Below are positions 1-12,114 of a DNA stretch of 64,000 nt, in pieces. This DNA is from Psilocybe cubensis (Eukaryota). The stretch is from assembly GCA_017499595.2 (NCBI GenBank), contig CM039001.1, positions 3,038,001-3,102,000 on the forward strand. Direction: 5' to 3'. The notes beneath the pieces were generated by a model. That model was not told the DNA's origin. It searched no databases and saw only the letters and a list, made by a program, of their open reading frames with translations. The position numbers and the translations under genes are program-made. Each line of letters starts with the position of its first letter. Positions within the stretch are counted from its first letter, which is position 1.

Positions 1-577
1 GGGCGCTGTTGGGATTCTAAAAATCGTCTAAAGGGCGTTTTATATGCACGGGTGTGGTGGGCACATAACTGTGTACGTGATCGTTGCATTGATTGTGGAT
101 CAAGATAGGGTCGCAGAAACCAGTAATCCGGTGGACATAATTGCAATGCCAGTGAATACATTCACGGCATTAGGCAACGTCGACTTGCCAGGATGCTGAT
201 TCGGAAACGTCATAGCGAGACCACGATTCTTTGCACAAAGGTCGTCAAAGAAGATGACGTTTTAACTCGGAGACTGACCGAATGCTCGAATCAGCATAGA
301 TGACAGGACTGTCATTTTCATGAGTTTCCTACGATATAGAGTGGCGATTCGGACGAACGTCATGCGAAAGAAGCAAAGCGCGAGAAACTGTTAGCGTATC
401 CGGCTACTCCCTTGGTAGCACCGGCTACTTGCAGTAGCCGGTTATTTATTGCACGCTCAAGTTCAACGCCAGCGACAAGGCGAAAGCAAAATTGACTAAA
501 AAACGGCAAGGCCGGAGTAGCATAGACGAACCTCGAATAAAAAAATTATCTAAATGCACAACGGGTTTACAACGCAG

Positions 578-2001
578 CTATTCTACCTTTTTCTTTTCTT
601 TCACCGGTTCTTTCTTCTGACTACCGATAGTATAGCCGACAGTCCCCAGCATAACCAAGAACGCGCCCGCCCACATCATCCTGTTATCGACCTGTGGGCG
701 GCGCTTTGTAGTCTCCACGCCCACTAGCGTCCCACCAACCGAGCTCATAACAGAACGGAGATCCGTTCCAAACATATTCGCCGACCAACCGTCCTCGAGG
801 ATGGTCAATCCAAGCGACGAGGCGATGTACTTGAGACCGCGGATTGTAAGATCCCAAGTTTCTGCGCCGACTTTGGATATACCAATCACACTGATGATGA
901 GGCTCGCAGCCTTCCGCACGACGAGGACGAGGGTGACGGTCAATGCGCTGACACGCGTCGTCAGCCTGTGCACGCCCGCGACGCAGAGAAGCTGTGTCAC
1001 GGTGTTCAACACAAGGGGTAAGTAGATATGCGGAAGAGAAACAGATACGAGGATCGCGTTCGCGTTGGAGTTGGCATCTTGAGTGATTGATAACAGTGAA
1101 GCGTTTTCTGATTGTTGAAAGATCTGAATCGGGAGGCGAGGGAGAGAATATGGTGGGATGATATTCATGGGGAATGCAGTTGTTAGGTTTGCCGTAGTCG
1201 GAATGGGAATAGGAAAGTCAAATTGAGATCGCGGGCCTACGCTGAGCTCGTGCATTTGGCCTGCGAGCTTTGGTAGAAGAGGTAGAAACATAGGAAGACC
1301 AAGGAGATGAAGGTAAAACATAGACTCTTTCCACTGAGGTGGGATGTCTGAGGATTTAGAAGTAAGGGTTGGTCGTCCGTATTTAGTGAACGACCAATCC
1401 TGTACCAATCCTAATGCACCTGAAAGGACAAGGGCTAATGTCAAGATTCCAATGCCTTTGGAATATGTATATGTGTCTGCAGTCATCTTTCCTTTCGATG
1501 AAGGCTGGGCAGAGAAGGTCGTCAGAATAACCCCCAAAGTCACCAAAAAGACCGAGAGAACTTGGGTCGCCGTGTATCTGAACAATCGAGGTGAAATGTT
1601 CTGTTATAATCAGAGAAAAATACATACCTCTTCTTCGATATTAACCATCCAAATAACAAGCTTATCATGAGACCCCCACTTCTAAAGATGATATGGACGG
1701 CCATAGGAATTTGGTATGCAAATGCTGCATTGTTGAGCAGAGAAATGAGGTAAAACAACGCGACTTGAACGATATATGCAGTGATCGGAACTCTTCGCGG
1801 TTTAAACCTGGGACCTAGCCGTGTCCATATTAGGAAGGTTGGTAGTCCGTGAAGCGCAATGATTAAAAATTGCAAAAAGGTCAATATAGATCCAGCGTGT
1901 GGGTTCTGCGATGTGATTTGTTCCAGAGTGATTGCATTGCTACAGCAGCCGCCAAAGATGAGAGAAAGGGTAGTGATCCAGCCAGATAGTGATGTTAACA
2001 T
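578..2001 (-). CDS. YEA4: UDP-GlcNAc/UDP-xylose nucleotide-sugar transporter (UAA family, YEA4/SLC35B4-like), 2 exons
   Basis: Exon 1 (2001-1628) reads MLTSLSGWITTLSLIFGGCCSNAITLEQI...NNAAFAYQIPMAVHIIFRSGGL. GTATGT..CAG intron at 1627-1578. Exon 2 has multiple TM segments, WKESMFYLHLLGLPMF and LTTRVSALTVTLVLVVRKAASL, and a C-terminal KKKVE dilysine-like tail. The FGGCCSN motif is typical of YEA4/SLC35B4. Confidence 0.88.
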
Positions 2002-3062
2002 TGCCCGTCTAGGATCAGGAATCAATGCGGATGACTTTAAGAAGACTCAATTAGGTAGATATGTTGTGTCAGCGATAAGAGACATTGTCGCAAGTGGTCG
2101 GTTATAAAGGTGAATCCAATGCCAAAAAGCAAGGAAAACACGTAGCTATAGATCACGTGGTATGCCTGGGCCACATTCTGGATGTGCTGCGTCCAGGGGT
2201 ACTGGACGACGACTGGACAACAGCCAGGGGAACATATTGGTGTCTGGAAGCTGTGAGGCAGGTGTTTGGTATTAATTTACAGGAAAAAGTATATTATAGA
2301 GAACGTTTCATGTTAATTTGTTAGTACCAGTGGTTGTCTTCATTTATCTTCATTTAATGACCAAGTGATCACTGAAGTCTTGATGCTGGGTTGGTTAACA
2401 TAAACATACGGTCATATAAGGCCAATACGCGTATGGCAGCGAGGAACTAGAGGCACCTCCCGTTCTGAGAATTTAAATGATTTGCAAAGTGGTGGAGGCA
2501 AATCCTGGAGGGCTCGGAGTTTTACCCGCGCGGAATATCAAATTATTGAGGCGGAGATATGTGCGCAATCTGGCATTCTCCGCTGACGGCGGGGTCGTCA
2601 ACGCTCTCTCTCAAGACTTACGTCCACCTTGCTCGCCAAAGTCTGTAAAAAACTCAGAGAATGGCAAAATCGTTGACTATTCAATTTTATCCCGGTTCTT
2701 TCGCTCTATTCTGCCGACGACTTTCAAACTTTGGATCGAGCGAATGATTCCAAAATGATCTCTCAGTGGACTTTCGCTGCAATGATGCCATATGGTTCAA
2801 CCCTGATTCAGCATTAGCTCAACCACATGTATTGCCAGCCTTGACAGTGTGGTCATGCTTTAAATTTGTGGTGACGTCTCCCATGTATCTCAAAGGCATC
2901 CGCATAAGGCTCTCGAATTCCGAACTGGGGCCAGTATCCGGAACCAGGTATGATGTCAGATTTGCGTGTATTGCGTTTTATGCTCCTCACACCAAACTCA
3001 GATTTATAGACATCAGCTTCAACGCGCCGATGCTATCCTGGATTCCTAGAACTATGCTCTAA

Positions 3063-4619
3063 ATGGGACGACTGTTTAATCCGCGACAACCTCAGGCATC
3101 GTCAGCTATACCAGTGCTACCCCAGGAAATAGTTAATCTTGTCATCGACGAGGTCGCGTCATCCCTTCAATCATCTACGGAACCAAGACGTGCCGCACTT
3201 TCTACTCTCAAGGCTTGTACCCTCGTGTCCCACTCTTTTCGACAACAAGCTCGGAAGCACCTTTTTTCTCAAGTTCACGTTCGCATCGACAAGCATGGTC
3301 ATCAACACAATGGCCGAATTCAGAGTTTAGGCATGGCGGAAAGTGACGGGGTAGTCCATTTTTTCCGAACCCTGATCTTCACTGTCGACCTACCTTTCAG
3401 GAAAAAATCATTCGTAAACCTACCCTTCAGTGGCACAGGGGCTATTAAACCCAAGACGTCTCGGTGGTCGGTCCTTCGGTTTGTCGATGTTTTTCGCCTA
3501 CGAGGCACAGACGCGGCGAATACGATTGCCGCCTTGAACACGGCCTGTTTGCACACTTTGGAAATTGTTGGAAGGCAATCTTTCTACGTATGGGACTGTA
3601 ACGGCAAAATAGGTCACGGATTGGGTGATATATGCGCCAAAGAAACGCTCAGATCTTTGCGAATCAGTAAAGTCGTGGCGCTTCCGTCTTCTATTTTAAA
3701 GGATGCCATTCAGTCGACCCATTTATACAATTTGACCCTCTCTCAAATCAGCATAGCCAACATTCAATCAGACCATCCAGATTCTAGCTACGGACAAGGC
3801 ACCTCATCGGGACGAGTCTCTCATCTTGGACAACTCGAAGCTACAGGCTTCTCGTGTTCAGCTCTCCTCAATATCTTGAAATGCGATGGGCATGCTTCGA
3901 CGCCGAGATATGTTACATTCCCCTACTTGCGAAAGTTGGCGATATCTGTCCCAACCCTTCCCTCGGAAATGGACGAGCTTTGGAGTTTTCTGCAACATAT
4001 TTCTCAAACGTTGGAATGCCTTGAATTACAGCAGTACAAATGGTCAAGTGCGTACAAGGTTTCGAGATCATCAGCTGACTTTTTTCATGAGCTTATCTTT
4101 TTTATCTCTGCAGTGTATGACGCCCTTTCCCAGGGTTCATTTCGTCTCAGCGATTTAAGTTCGTTGTGTTCTCTGAAAATCTGCACGACTTCCTTCGACA
4201 TCGGTAAAAACTTCTGCACAAAGCAAGAAATGATAGCAAAGCTCCTTGGATCGGATACCGCGGCGAATACGTTAACGTCCGTCATTGTGGACATTTATGT
4301 GCATCGCAGCGTAAAGCACATACGTAGGGACTCCAACCTGACCTGGAGAGATCTAGGTCCGCTATCTGGGTGGGAGGCAATCGATACTGCCCTGTTTACT
4401 TCTGCATTTCCAAACCTGAAGGAATTTATTTTCAATCTTAAATTGTTTTATTACATCAAGGACACCGACTCTTCCTCGCCGCAGTCCCGACAAACAGTAA
4501 ATATTCCTACTAAACTCCTCTTACCAAACATTACTTCATTGTTATCAAATTCTGTCAAACTCTATCTGGATGTCTTATGTAGTCACCGTCCATTTTTAGA
4601 TCACTTCAATGTTCTTTGA
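3063..4619 (+). CDS. F-box-like / LRR-like hypothetical protein (agaricomycete expanded family), copy 1
   Basis: N-terminal LPQEIVNLVIDEVA...TLKACTLVSHSFRQQARKHLF motif followed by LxxLxL-type repeats. A probable 66-nt phase-1 intron at 4048-4113 (GTGCGT..TGCAG) is stop-free, so the ORF track reads through it. Confidence 0.75.
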   Translation: MGRLFNPRQPQASSAIPVLPQEIVNLVIDEVASSLQSSTEPRRAALSTLKACTLVSHSFRQQARKHLFSQVHVRIDKHGHQHNGRIQSLGMAESDGVVHFFRTLIFTVDLPFRKKSFVNLPFSGTGAIKPKTSRWSVLRFVDVFRLRGTDAANTIAALNTACLHTLEIVGRQSFYVWDCNGKIGHGLGDICAKETLRSLRISKVVALPSSILKDAIQSTHLYNLTLSQISIANIQSDHPDSSYGQGTSSGRVSHLGQLEATGFSCSALLNILKCDGHASTPRYVTFPYLRKLAISVPTLPSEMDELWSFLQHISQTLECLELQQYKWSSAYKVSRSSADFFHELIFFISAVYDALSQGSFRLSDLSSLCSLKICTTSFDIGKNFCTKQEMIAKLLGSDTAANTLTSVIVDIYVHRSVKHIRRDSNLTWRDLGPLSGWEAIDTALFTSAFPNLKEFIFNLKLFYYIKDTDSSSPQSRQTVNIPTKLLLPNITSLLSNSVKLYLDVLCSHRPFLDHFNVL

Positions 4620-4973
4620 ATTTTCCTAGAGTTGATAAACTCGGGTGCCGCCATACTAATACAGTGTTCTTGTCGACCAGCGCCCACTGCATCAGATGAG
4701 GTCAGGATATACGTTAAGATCCCTGTATGTATGGTGTTTTGTTTTCTGTTCGGAGACAGTCAAAAAATAGAACACAAATCTGCCACGACTCTTTGCCGCG
4801 ATCAAGCCGAGTGACAATGAACGAACAATAACCCTGTCAGATGCTCAGAGACAGACCTCACGTCCGCCCACAATTACCATCGATGAACAAGGATGAGGTG
4901 AGATTTGTGGGCACAGAAAAGTGTATAAAAGCTGGCCTGATAGGTGCGATAGCCGCATTTTGGCCAAACTCTG

Positions 4974-6502
4974 ATGGCCGCCCCCCAGTCAAACCACTCG
5001 GCGCCGCTGGAGTTGCCACAGGAAATCGTGCACATCATCGTCAATGAAGTAGCGGCTATCTCCCTGCCATCGGATTCAGATGCAGCTACAGACCATTCTA
5101 TGGACATCGGCACTCTCAAAGTTTGCTCCTTGATATCGAAAGCGTTCTATTACGAAACTCGTATCCATCTCTTCAATCGTGTCGATCTCCACTTTGGCCA
5201 GGGAGACTCCACATTTTCAACACAAAAACGTGCTGCAAAGTTTGTAAAAATCTTAACACGGAACCTATGCGGCGCCAATCTGGTTTCCACCATTCGCTTC
5301 CTGACCATCACCATTCACGTTCCCAATCCTGATCCACCCACTTTGATGGGCAAAGTTCGCTTGCGGCTTGAAGGCAAACCACACCAGATAATGTCACGAG
5401 CGGGACTCGTCAAGGACAACGTCATGAAGCTCCTGGAAGTTATGGCTTGCAGTAAAACATTGGACTCCTTCAATTTACATCAAAAACCAGTTGGACGACA
5501 TGCTTGGGATAGCAAATACAATCCTTTCATTGCGCGGATATGTTCAAACCCATTACTAAAGTCTTTGACTCTCAATGGCATTACCGACCTCCCGTTCTCG
5601 ATTCTTCTCAATATATTCACCTCGGATAGTCTGCGTGAAGTGACCTTCTCAAATATGTACTGGCTCAGGCAGAATGCAAATGAACTACGAAACCTTATTA
5701 TTGCCAAGTCGCCAATCATCTCAAAAATCGAAAAACTGGACCTTTCCAATACCCCGTACATGTACTTTCTGCACGCTCTTGGGGCTGGTGACATTTTTCC
5801 ACCATCGCAAAACCCTGTTGAATTGATTGTATCATTTCCTCGATTACGGGAACTAGTGGTTTGTGTCCCAACAAGAATCGAAGAAGAACGTCATTGTGTT
5901 CAAAAATTTATCTCGCACACTGCATCCACCATAGAATACCTCGAGTTTCAATACGAATGGACACGTAAGTCACTCCTCCTTACTCTTTAGCCTTCCCCTG
6001 AATAGACAACCCAACTATAGAACGTAGCTCTACTGTCTACATGCCGGTCAATCAACTCGAGCGACTACGTGACCTAAAATTTACAATATCAGCATCATTA
6101 TTCGAGACTGAAGCAAGTCAGCTAGCCATGATACAGCTACTTCCTTCGGAATCGTCCATTCCGTTAACCTCCATAACTGTCGAAATCGAAGTAAACTTGA
6201 TGCAGTTCCGACCTCATGCCTCTACATATTATGAGGAATTTGCCCGTGTATTTTTTGCCCCCGGCTCATCCTGGGAGGTTTTGGACGCTGCCTTCGCTCG
6301 ACAAAGTTTGGAGAATCTGAAAAAAGTTGTATTTGAATACAACCTTGTGCATTTCCAGGTGCAGGGCACCACAGTTTCTTTACCACAGAAAGAGGCTCCT
6401 ATCGATCCCCATATTCTATTTCCAAGGTTATCCAGCAACCCATCAATGGATGTCCAAATCAACGTAACTTCAACCTTTTTACCAGTGATAATAATGATTT
6501 GA
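4974..6502 (+). CDS. F-box-like / LRR-like hypothetical protein, copy 2 (2 exons)
   Basis: LPQEIVHIIVNEVA...TLKVCSLISKAFYYETRIHLF motif. Intron 5965-6020 (GTAAGT..ATAG, phase 1) joins ORF 4974-5990 in frame to ORF 6041-6502. Confidence 0.8.
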
Positions 6503-6780
6503 TGTACTTTACCGCTTGTGTCAATGTAAGATTTAGAACGTAGCTAGTGCCTCGATTATGGTTCGACTAGGTAACATGTCATGTAAAAACAAGTGTACCG
6601 TAGTTTCAGAACGTTGACTGCCCCGACTTGGATGACGACCTCGTTCAGTCCCCGTGTAAACTAAGTTGAGAATTATAATACTTATGTACAAAACTCTCAC
6701 GACTCGCCTCTACCCTTCTCGTCCATTATCTGTGAGCCGACACTCAGGTCCGGTGAATAGGTCCCAACTCTCTAAGCGAC

Positions 6781-7371
6781 ATGACAATTTGGAGCCGCTC
6801 TCGCAAAGCAGCTCGCCTACCACAGGAGCTTCTAGATGCCATCGTCGACTGCGTAGCCTCAAAGGGTGACAAGTGCACTCTGCGGACCTGCAATGCTACA
6901 TCATGGCTCTTCCGCCCACGAGCTCAAAAACGACTCTTCGAGGATATCCAACTGGTGGTGGACGACAACGTCCTGAAAAGGATGGAGAATTTGCGGCAGC
7001 TTTTGGACAGCAATCCAGCTCTCTTAAAGCAGATGCACTCATTCAAGGTTTCGGTGCGCGGAGTTGGGAACCTAGTACCACTATTACGATGGCTTAAGAT
7101 CGGGAGGGAATCACCTGGTTTATTGTCGGTGTTATGGGACCTCAAAGCTTGGTTGAAGGCGGAAAACAGTTTTCTGTGGTTACTCCATACCATCTCGGCA
7201 ACTCGAGTCGAGAAGTTCTCGTTCGTCCTCGAAGAAGCGTATCTCAACTGGACATCGCTCAACGATGAGACCCAAAACCTCTTTCTATCCCTTCAGTCCA
7301 GCTCCCGTGTAAAGCGCCTACAGTTTGTCAACATCATCAATGTCCCGCCTTCCATAACCTCAGAAGGTTAA
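6781..7371 (+). pseudogene. Truncated F-box-like paralog, copy 3 (probable pseudogene)
   Basis: Same LPQELLDAIVDCVA...TLRTCNATSWLFRPRAQKRLF motif, but it stops after 196 aa versus ~490 aa in its neighbours. The same frame continues *MYFEELRD* with further stops, and splicing 7367-7412 adds only ~50 unconvincing codons. Confidence 0.55.
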
Positions 7372-8356
7372 ATGTACTTCGAAGAATTAAGAGATTAATT
7401 CTTAACCTTCAGGCTTCACTCTTCAACTCTTCGACTACAAACCTGCGACTCAATCTTATCATCTTGAACCCCTCGGTCGTTATTCTGTACACTGGTCATT
7501 TCACCATACAGGTATTCCTCAAACCTCTCTCATTAGTCTCATCGCGACTAATTTTGCACAATGAATACCTTTTCCCGTCTATGCACTACAGAGTTTCTAA
7601 CGATCTGTCAGCTCCCAGCCTAGCATCCAACAGGGAGATGATCAAACTCGGCCTCGTGGCCTTGCGGAAGGACCATTATATTGATAAAATGATCATGGTC
7701 GCACATAACTGGTTCCAATTAGCTCCTATATCAAGCTCCTCTGTCTGCTAATTATTTATATCTTCTATATCTATGCATTGGGGAAAGTACTCGGGTCCGG
7801 CTTTCCCTGCCAACGTTTCTTTTGGACTGTAGCCTGTAGAACTGGTAATTGCTGTTTCCCACATATACCGTGTATTTATCTATAGTAAGCTTTTTAGAGA
7901 CGATAGGTACCTTGCCTAATTTCTAACGTAATGGGTATGCAGTCTGGAAGACGGAACAAGGGAGAAACTCCAAAGATATCTATCTAAAAATAGATTGATG
8001 GCCAAGTAATGATATAGGCGCCATGTCTTTGACGCTGAAGCACGCGCGCGGCATTTGCGTGGCTCGTCCATTTCTACAAAAAGTGGCCTAAATCAGAGTT
8101 AAAAGCTCATGGCACTAAGTCTAATAAAACGTTTAATGGCCACAGAATCTCATGTTTAGAAAATCACACAAGCACTGATCAAGTTTCCACACTGGTTGTA
8201 TTTTTGAATTGCAAAAATATTGTAGACATATAAGAAGCCGACTATGAAAACAGATATAACTAGTTGTATCGCTACATACTATTATACAAGTACTATTAAG
8301 ACATCAGAGACCGGTAATTTCAAGTTTTCCGAAACAATCCCAACGCCGGTTCAAAA

Positions 8357-9537
8357 TTAGCGCCAGCTTGACGCGATGGCTGGGGAATCACAGCTGGATG
8401 GGACAGTGTACGACCTGTTGGGGTCGCTTTCCCAAGAGACGGCGCCGCTGCTGGACACCTTGATAAACTTGTACTGGAATGATGTACCGGCGGGAAGGGT
8501 AGCTGTAATTGACCACAAGGGGTTGCTGCTAGTGTATCCCGAGGAAGAGAGGGGAACAGCGGAGGAGGGGTTCCATGAGCCGAGTTGAGGAATGGATCCG
8601 ACGAGCTTGATGGATTCGCCGTAAACTGTAGAAACTTTGTGGTTGAAGGTAACGGATACGGTGGAGCAGGTAGGAGATGTAATGACAGGGCCGCTCGATG
8701 ATGTAGTAGAGGATGGGGAGCCACCGTTTGAGCCTCCGGTGATGGCAATATCGGCGCAGGACGTATAGATCTGTCCGGTTTGGAAAGAATTCCAGCGGAG
8801 GGAGAGAAGAGTGTGCTTGGAGCTGTAGTTGGGGATTTTGATTTTTTTGGTGACGGTGTAGCCTCCAGCAATGCTGGTGTAACACGATCCAAGACGAGAA
8901 TTGTCAACTCCCTGGCATCTGCCGTTGCCGAAGGGGGCACAAGTGAACCAATCGTTGCGCCAGCAAGGCTGGCCAGGGGAGCAATCGCCGCTGAACTCGC
9001 AGGACTGGCCAGATACGTCGGTGCATTTGAGTGTACCGGCCTCGAAGCAATCTTCCGCCGCTTGCTTCTCAGCAGCAGTGGGGATGTAGCCAGGAGTCTT
9101 CAGCTTGTCGACGATGGCCTGATCTTGACAGATGCGGTAGGCAAACATCCCTCCATGATCACCGTTGTGGTCGACACACCACTCAACGTCGACGGTAGAG
9201 CCGGCAGTGTAAGTGACAACAGGAGAATAGCCCCAAGTGTTCGCAGGGGTGTTGTAGTCGACGTTGACTCTAGCGTTGTATCCGCAAGGACCACTTCGGC
9301 CAACAGGAGCAGCAGTGAGGTCAGGCCAGGCCTCTACGGGCTCCAAGATGGCGCATTCAGGGCATGTATCTATTCCAGACTGTGGAAATTTCAGAGGTTG
9401 GACGACCGAGATGTAGACAAATACGCTACCTCAGCTCCAAGACGACTGCGACTGTGTGGAATAGTCATATAACCATGCCCATAAACCGATGTGGCGAAAG
9501 AGAATGCGGCAGCAACGAAGATAGTGATAGACTTCAT
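8357..9537 (-). CDS. Secreted starch-active lytic polysaccharide monooxygenase, CAZy AA13, with Ser/Thr linker and C-terminal CBM20 (2 exons)
   Basis: Exon 1 (9537-9430): signal peptide [20 protein letters not shown], then mature His1 [16 protein letters not shown]. Intron 9429-9380. Exon 2: [70 protein letters not shown] (AA13 signatures), then CBM20 [30 protein letters not shown]. Confidence 0.95.
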
Positions 9538-12114
9538 CTCAGACGGTGGTGAAGAGGATGATGGTCGATATGCTGCAAATATGCATCCTCTTTATACGTT
9601 TTGAAAAAAAATCATAATGGTCCGAGGCATTTCTATAATCATGCTTGGGTTGTATCAGCTGAGGTACGGCGTTGATTCAGCCCAATGTTTTGCGTATCCA
9701 TGCAAGGGAAACTTCGGCCCAGAATATCTTACCGAAACTGCTGCAAAATTTAGTCGAAGCTGGAAGAGCACCAAATATCTAATCACATAACTACGGGAGT
9801 TTTTGTGTAGCATCTTGGCGTACCTTCCATAGAACACTTGAAGAAAACTGATCAAGTTCAACAAGTCTGGCAGGCTCTGACGAACCAGTATAAAACTTCC
9901 GCGCAAGTCATCGACCGCAAAATATGTGTCCAAATGCTCTTCCTGAGAATATCGGTGGTCTATGGTAAATGGTCAAAAAAGTTGGCTACAGTGTCCCAGA
10001 ATAGAAAATGAAGTCATGTTTTCCGCAAGATGTCCTCCCTATAGGCAGAGTCACCGATAATCGGTTAATACGGATGTGGGCGTCTTTGGAGGTTGATTAG
10101 GCTTTAGCAGCAACTGGACATCATCGCGAAATTACCTCAATACCGTTTACGTATGCCATGTGGGGTCAATCCTGGTCAAGTGTTCAGAAAACTTTGCCGT
10201 GCTCCGCTCCCCCGTCCCACATGGCCCTCGCGTGGTAGGTCGGATATAGCGGTCGAAGAATAATTGCACGGGCATATTGCCCTCCCGAGACGAGGGCAGA
10301 CGAGGGCCCAAGTGCTTTTATCATTCGCACGTGGCAATAACATGCAAATTAGCTCCATAGCTGGGCAGATGACCTGGGGATTTGCTGGGGATACATCTAG
10401 GATGACCTACCCATGCGTGTTGAAAACATATAAAAGCGCGTTCGATCAGAAGAGGAACGTCAACTGGGGATGGGACAATAGCAGCCGTACCCCGCATGTC
10501 CGGGGTAGAAGTTGATATGTAGCAACAACAGCGCCAGACCTGAGCACGACCTGGAGAAATTTGGCGATATTAGCGTTTTGGAAAACCGTGTCGTTTCACA
10601 AGTAGAATTGATCGGTTCATGAGATCCCACTGAGGTCCACCGATAGTACGCATATGAAAGAAAAATTCGGATGGGTATAGATGGCTCAAAATCGAGACGC
10701 TACATATTGTGCTCCCTCAGGACATCCGCTGCGTAATTTGCGAATACTGCCAGCGAACCAATGTCATTCCATCCACCTAGCACGGACATTCTGAAAAGAA
10801 AAAAATTGGTTACTTCTTGAACAGATCTCGAAAGACAAAATCGGCTTCAGGACCGAACACAGGTTCAACAAACGAAGAGAGTCAAACACAAACTTTAAAA
10901 ACCCCAACAGACAGCGAAAATCAAGGTTACTATCCGAAAAAACCATTTCCTCATCGGTCAAAGGATGCACAATCCGGACCTTGAAAGCTGTAGATGGAAA
11001 GCAGTGATTTTGTAGTCCACAATCCAAATCGTCGGGTAGTAATATTGAAAGAAACGATGACGACTGGCGATATAACTTACTATTGCAAGCGTCTCGCGTT
11101 GACTCGCGTCCGATCCGAGGAGTGGAAAAGCTTCCAAATCCAGCCAAATCCATGCTGTTACAAAAGGATAAAAAAATCTCTGCAAGTTAGCAAAAGTAAA
11201 TGAGGATAATGTATAGTTTTTGGTGCATAGTTGGTAGAACTGGTAGAATCCAACAAAGCAGAGTCTAAGCGGTACCTCGGAGTCTCACATGGCGAAAAGG
11301 GGCCAATTACGTAAGAAAAGCGTCCAAACCGTAGCCAACGTCGAACAAGGCATTTAAACGACGTTGAATATGAAAGGCACACCATTTCATAACAAATCAC
11401 ACATAACGCATAAACCACCAACGAATCCCAAAGCAGAATATAAAACTCAATTGCATATTTTTCTAGTTTCCTTTTGAACATCGTTAAACTACGTGATATT
11501 AATGTCGATTGTAGTACAGGTTACAAATACACAGAGAGCAGCAAAAATTGTTTTTGTTTTAAGCCGACAGTTGCGCGTGTTGCGTAGAGAAAGGGGTATG
11601 AGGTAGGTCGATGATGCCAAAAAAAAACGAGAGAGAAAGAGAAAGGAGTAAGAGAAAGGAGAAAAGAGGAATAATGAGAGACGAAGATGGAAAATAAAGC
11701 TACCGGAAAGAAAAGGAGAGAATAACCAAGGCGATTAAAGGAAGGACAAATGTAAAGAAGGTGTGGGCATGATTACGAGAGAGAGAGGTAGAGATACAAG
11801 GAAGGTTAAGGTTGGAGGGGTGTTTTACTGCAGAGGGGAGTGGATATGCGGCAAAAACAAAAAAAAAGTGTAGCGGGCAACGCGGCACGAACGACAAACT
11901 TGTTCACCTACAGAGATTGCTATTAAGTAGTTTGGATCATGAAGAGAGAAAAAGGAAAAGAGATAATGCAGGCTGGTCTAGAGAGAGAGAGAGAAATAGA
12001 CGAAAGAGATGTCGAGGAGGACACGACGAATATCCATGGACTGAATGTGAATGACTCCGGTGACGATAAGTAGTAGAAAGACAGAATGCAGTGGCCCGAC
12101 CAGCGGGGGATGAT

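Noticed and set aside
6555-6575. GGTTCGA T-loop-like motif (another near 39917) as a tRNA
   Set aside because: No cloverleaf, acceptor stem or D-arm around either motif.
8780-9472. 230-aa plus-strand ORF
   Set aside because: Antisense shadow of the AA13 gene with no motif of its own.
9540-11500. AmyR/CreA-type regulatory sites or a gene upstream of the AA13 LPMO
   Set aside because: Only short chance-level matches and non-descript ORFs; no well-formed CGG-N8-(C/A)GG site was identified by eye.
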